From: a virus
Taxonomy: Duplodnaviria; Heunggongvirae; Uroviricota; Caudoviricetes
DNA length: 25,626 bases
Reading direction: 5' to 3' (one strand)
Virus record (IMG/VR): IMGVR_UViG_3300027770_000048
Made by a program: the position numbers and the translations under genes. Every line of letters starts with the position of its first letter. Positions within the stretch are counted from its first letter, which is position 1. The notes beneath the pieces are model-generated. The model had not been told where the DNA came from and searched no databases. It worked only from the letters and a program-made list of their open reading frames with translations. Below are positions 24,235-25,626 of the stretch, in pieces.

Positions 24235-24903
24235 ATGGCAAAAAGAAAAAGTTTTGATGAAAAACAAAAGGGGATGCACAAATCTCGTAAACTCATCATT
24301 GACACGGTTTTTGGAAGACAAGATAATAACCAAAGGGTATTTGGTTATGATGGTGAAGTAAAAGAAAAAAGAGAAGTAGGAGATACGTGGACAGACAACG
24401 ATGGTAAAGAGTGGGAACAAAAAGAAGGATTTGTCTCCGCAGTTACTCAAATGGATGACATTAGAAAGTATTTAGATAAATTAAATACTTGTAGTAATGC
24501 AGAATGTCAAACAACCAAACCTTCAATGGCTGATAAAAAATTAATTCGTAAAACCGGATTATGTATTATTTGTTTAGCTAAACAAGAAAGAAAACTTCAA
24601 GAGGATGGGACTTTTCCTTTTTATGAAGATTATAAAATAACTCTTAATAAATTAGGATTTGTTAGAGATACAAAAGCACAATATGAAGAAGCTTTGTTAG
24701 GTATTAAACAACAAATAGAACAAGTTACAGAAGATGGTAGAGTTGAAAAGTGGACATGGGATATTGATATTGAGAAAGTAAAAACGGATTTGAAAAAAGA
24801 TATAGATGGTGCATATGAGGCCATTGAATTATTAATAGAAAGAAAAAGATTATTAGAAGAAAAATTGGTTGAGTTAAATCATCCAGAATTAGTTAAAAAA
24901 TAA
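24235..24903 (+). CDS. Hypothetical phage protein with a Trp-rich hairpin, a Cys4 zinc-ribbon-like motif and a coiled C-terminus
   Basis: REVGDTWTDNDGKEWEQKEG; CSNAEC ... CIIC; heptad-like C-terminal helices. Confidence 0.75.
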   Translation: MAKRKSFDEKQKGMHKSRKLIIDTVFGRQDNNQRVFGYDGEVKEKREVGDTWTDNDGKEWEQKEGFVSAVTQMDDIRKYLDKLNTCSNAECQTTKPSMADKKLIRKTGLCIICLAKQERKLQEDGTFPFYEDYKITLNKLGFVRDTKAQYEEALLGIKQQIEQVTEDGRVEKWTWDIDIEKVKTDLKKDIDGAYEAIELLIERKRLLEEKLVELNHPELVKK

Positions 24904-24908
24904 AAAGT

Positions 24909-25550
24909 ATGAAAAAATTATTAAATTTAAAAAACATTGCAATAGCATTATTAATTGTAATAGTAGTTTTCCAACAATGTGGTGGAGACAAAACGAAAAC
25001 AGGTGAAATTATAAAAGTAGATGGTAAAAAATATGAACTTATTAAACATGAAATTGATACTGTTGAAGTAGTTAAGACTAAGGTAGTAACTAAAAAAGGT
25101 GAAGATATTTATCATGAAACAATTAAAGAAGTGACCATTCCTGCAATTGTAGATACTCAAGCTTTATTACAAGACTATTTTGCAAAGAACATTTATAAAG
25201 ATACATTACAATTACCAGATAGTTTAGGTATCGTATCTTTAATTGATACGATTACTCAAAACAAAATATTAGGTAGAACATTTAATGCAAGTGTTAAACA
25301 AAGAGTTATTAAAGAAACTACAGTTGTAAAAGAATTACCAAAGACTAAACTATTTTATGGTTTTGAAGGTGGATTTAACAAAGCAGATGTAGTATCTCAT
25401 TTAGGATTTGGTGTTTTAGTTAATACAAAAAAAGATAAGATGTTCCATTTAGGATTGGGAGTTGCAAATAGAACAACCGATGGTACAAGTGGAGCATTGT
25501 CACCTTATATCGGTGGTGGTGTGTATTGGAAATTGAAACTTAAAAAATAA
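24909..25550 (+). CDS. Membrane-anchored or exported protein of Bacteroidota-phage type, possibly lysis-related (spanin-like)
   Basis: Basic N-region, then hydrophobic IAIALLIVIVVF, then QQC. Several DT/DS motifs and a C-terminal amphipathic beta region ending PYIGGGVYWKL. Confidence 0.6.
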   Translation: MKKLLNLKNIAIALLIVIVVFQQCGGDKTKTGEIIKVDGKKYELIKHEIDTVEVVKTKVVTKKGEDIYHETIKEVTIPAIVDTQALLQDYFAKNIYKDTLQLPDSLGIVSLIDTITQNKILGRTFNASVKQRVIKETTVVKELPKTKLFYGFEGGFNKADVVSHLGFGVLVNTKKDKMFHLGLGVANRTTDGTSGALSPYIGGGVYWKLKLKK

Positions 25551-25626
25551 TGGGAGTTCAAGGGCAACCTAAGAAAACATTAAAAGAAATAATAGCTGAA
25601 GAATATCGTAAATGTGCGTTAGACCC
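25550..25626 (+). CDS. Probable terminase large subunit (T4 gp17-like), N-terminal fragment running off the window; not in the ORF track
   Basis: The ATG overlaps the upstream stop (TAATG). MGVQGQPKKTLKEIIAEEYRKCALDP matches the EEYxKCxxDP N-terminal motif of T4-like TerL proteins. Only 26 codons are visible. Confidence 0.72.
   Translation, partial: MGVQGQPKKTLKEIIAEEYRKCALD

Noticed and set aside
2869-24824. Short antisense ORFs in the track (for example 2869-3129, 5183-5542, 5568-5753, 5991-6203, 9386-9571, 10677-10952, 11145-11524, 12364-12582, 17577-17771, 21626-21820, 22547-22801, 22939-23337, 24199-24450, 24630-24824) and similar nested ones (9776-9970, 24951-25160)
   Set aside because: All lie largely or wholly over long motif-bearing genes and have the composition expected of shadow frames of AT-rich coding DNA, with no recognisable motifs.
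1-25626. Stop-codon reassignment, as seen in some large phages
   Set aside because: Genes tile densely and are full-length in the standard code. TAG ends genes at 9389 and 12740 and TGA ends the gene at 7832, each immediately at the next gene's start.
1-25626. CRISPR array, tRNA/rRNA genes, IS elements, introns or inteins, DGR
   Set aside because: I saw no regularly spaced repeats, cloverleaf-like GC-rich stems, transposase, reverse transcriptase, homing endonuclease or intein motifs. The only long DNA repeat (92 bp) differs at non-adenine-specific positions and no reverse transcriptase is nearby.

Overview
A strongly AT-rich, gene-dense window that reads as part of a large T4-like tailed phage genome rather than a cellular chromosome. 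It ends in the first 26 codons of a probable terminase large subunit (MGVQGQPKKTLKEIIAEEYRKCALDP). The lack of Shine-Dalgarno motifs, TTTG-N20-TAnnTTT promoter-like elements and a Bacteroidota-style envelope protein suggest a Bacteroidota host (inference). About 21 kb (1-21318) is one glycan-building locus. It holds about 7 glycosyltransferase-like genes (one resembling plant protein O-glycosyltransferases of GT95/GT96, two GT7 enzymes with a LamG domain inserted in the catalytic domain, and a tandem-duplicated GT10-like gene), two N-terminal-twitch radical SAM enzymes, three NDP-sugar SDRs (two lacking the catalytic Tyr), RmlC, minimal ThDP-dependent E1 alpha and beta subunits on opposite strands, two methyltransferases, two GCS-type SGNH proteins and a 2OG-Fe(II) oxygenase. 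I see no flippase, polymerase or membrane protein in it, which points to cytoplasmic glycosylation, most plausibly of virion proteins, with a branched and heavily tailored sugar. Downstream is an 891-aa multidomain protein (HIGH nucleotidyltransferase, HExxH, ligase-like KxDG) with hydrophobic-x-Glu motifs at each domain boundary. I found no rRNA, tRNA, CRISPR array or transposon. All family assignments come from motif recognition by eye, not from database searches.
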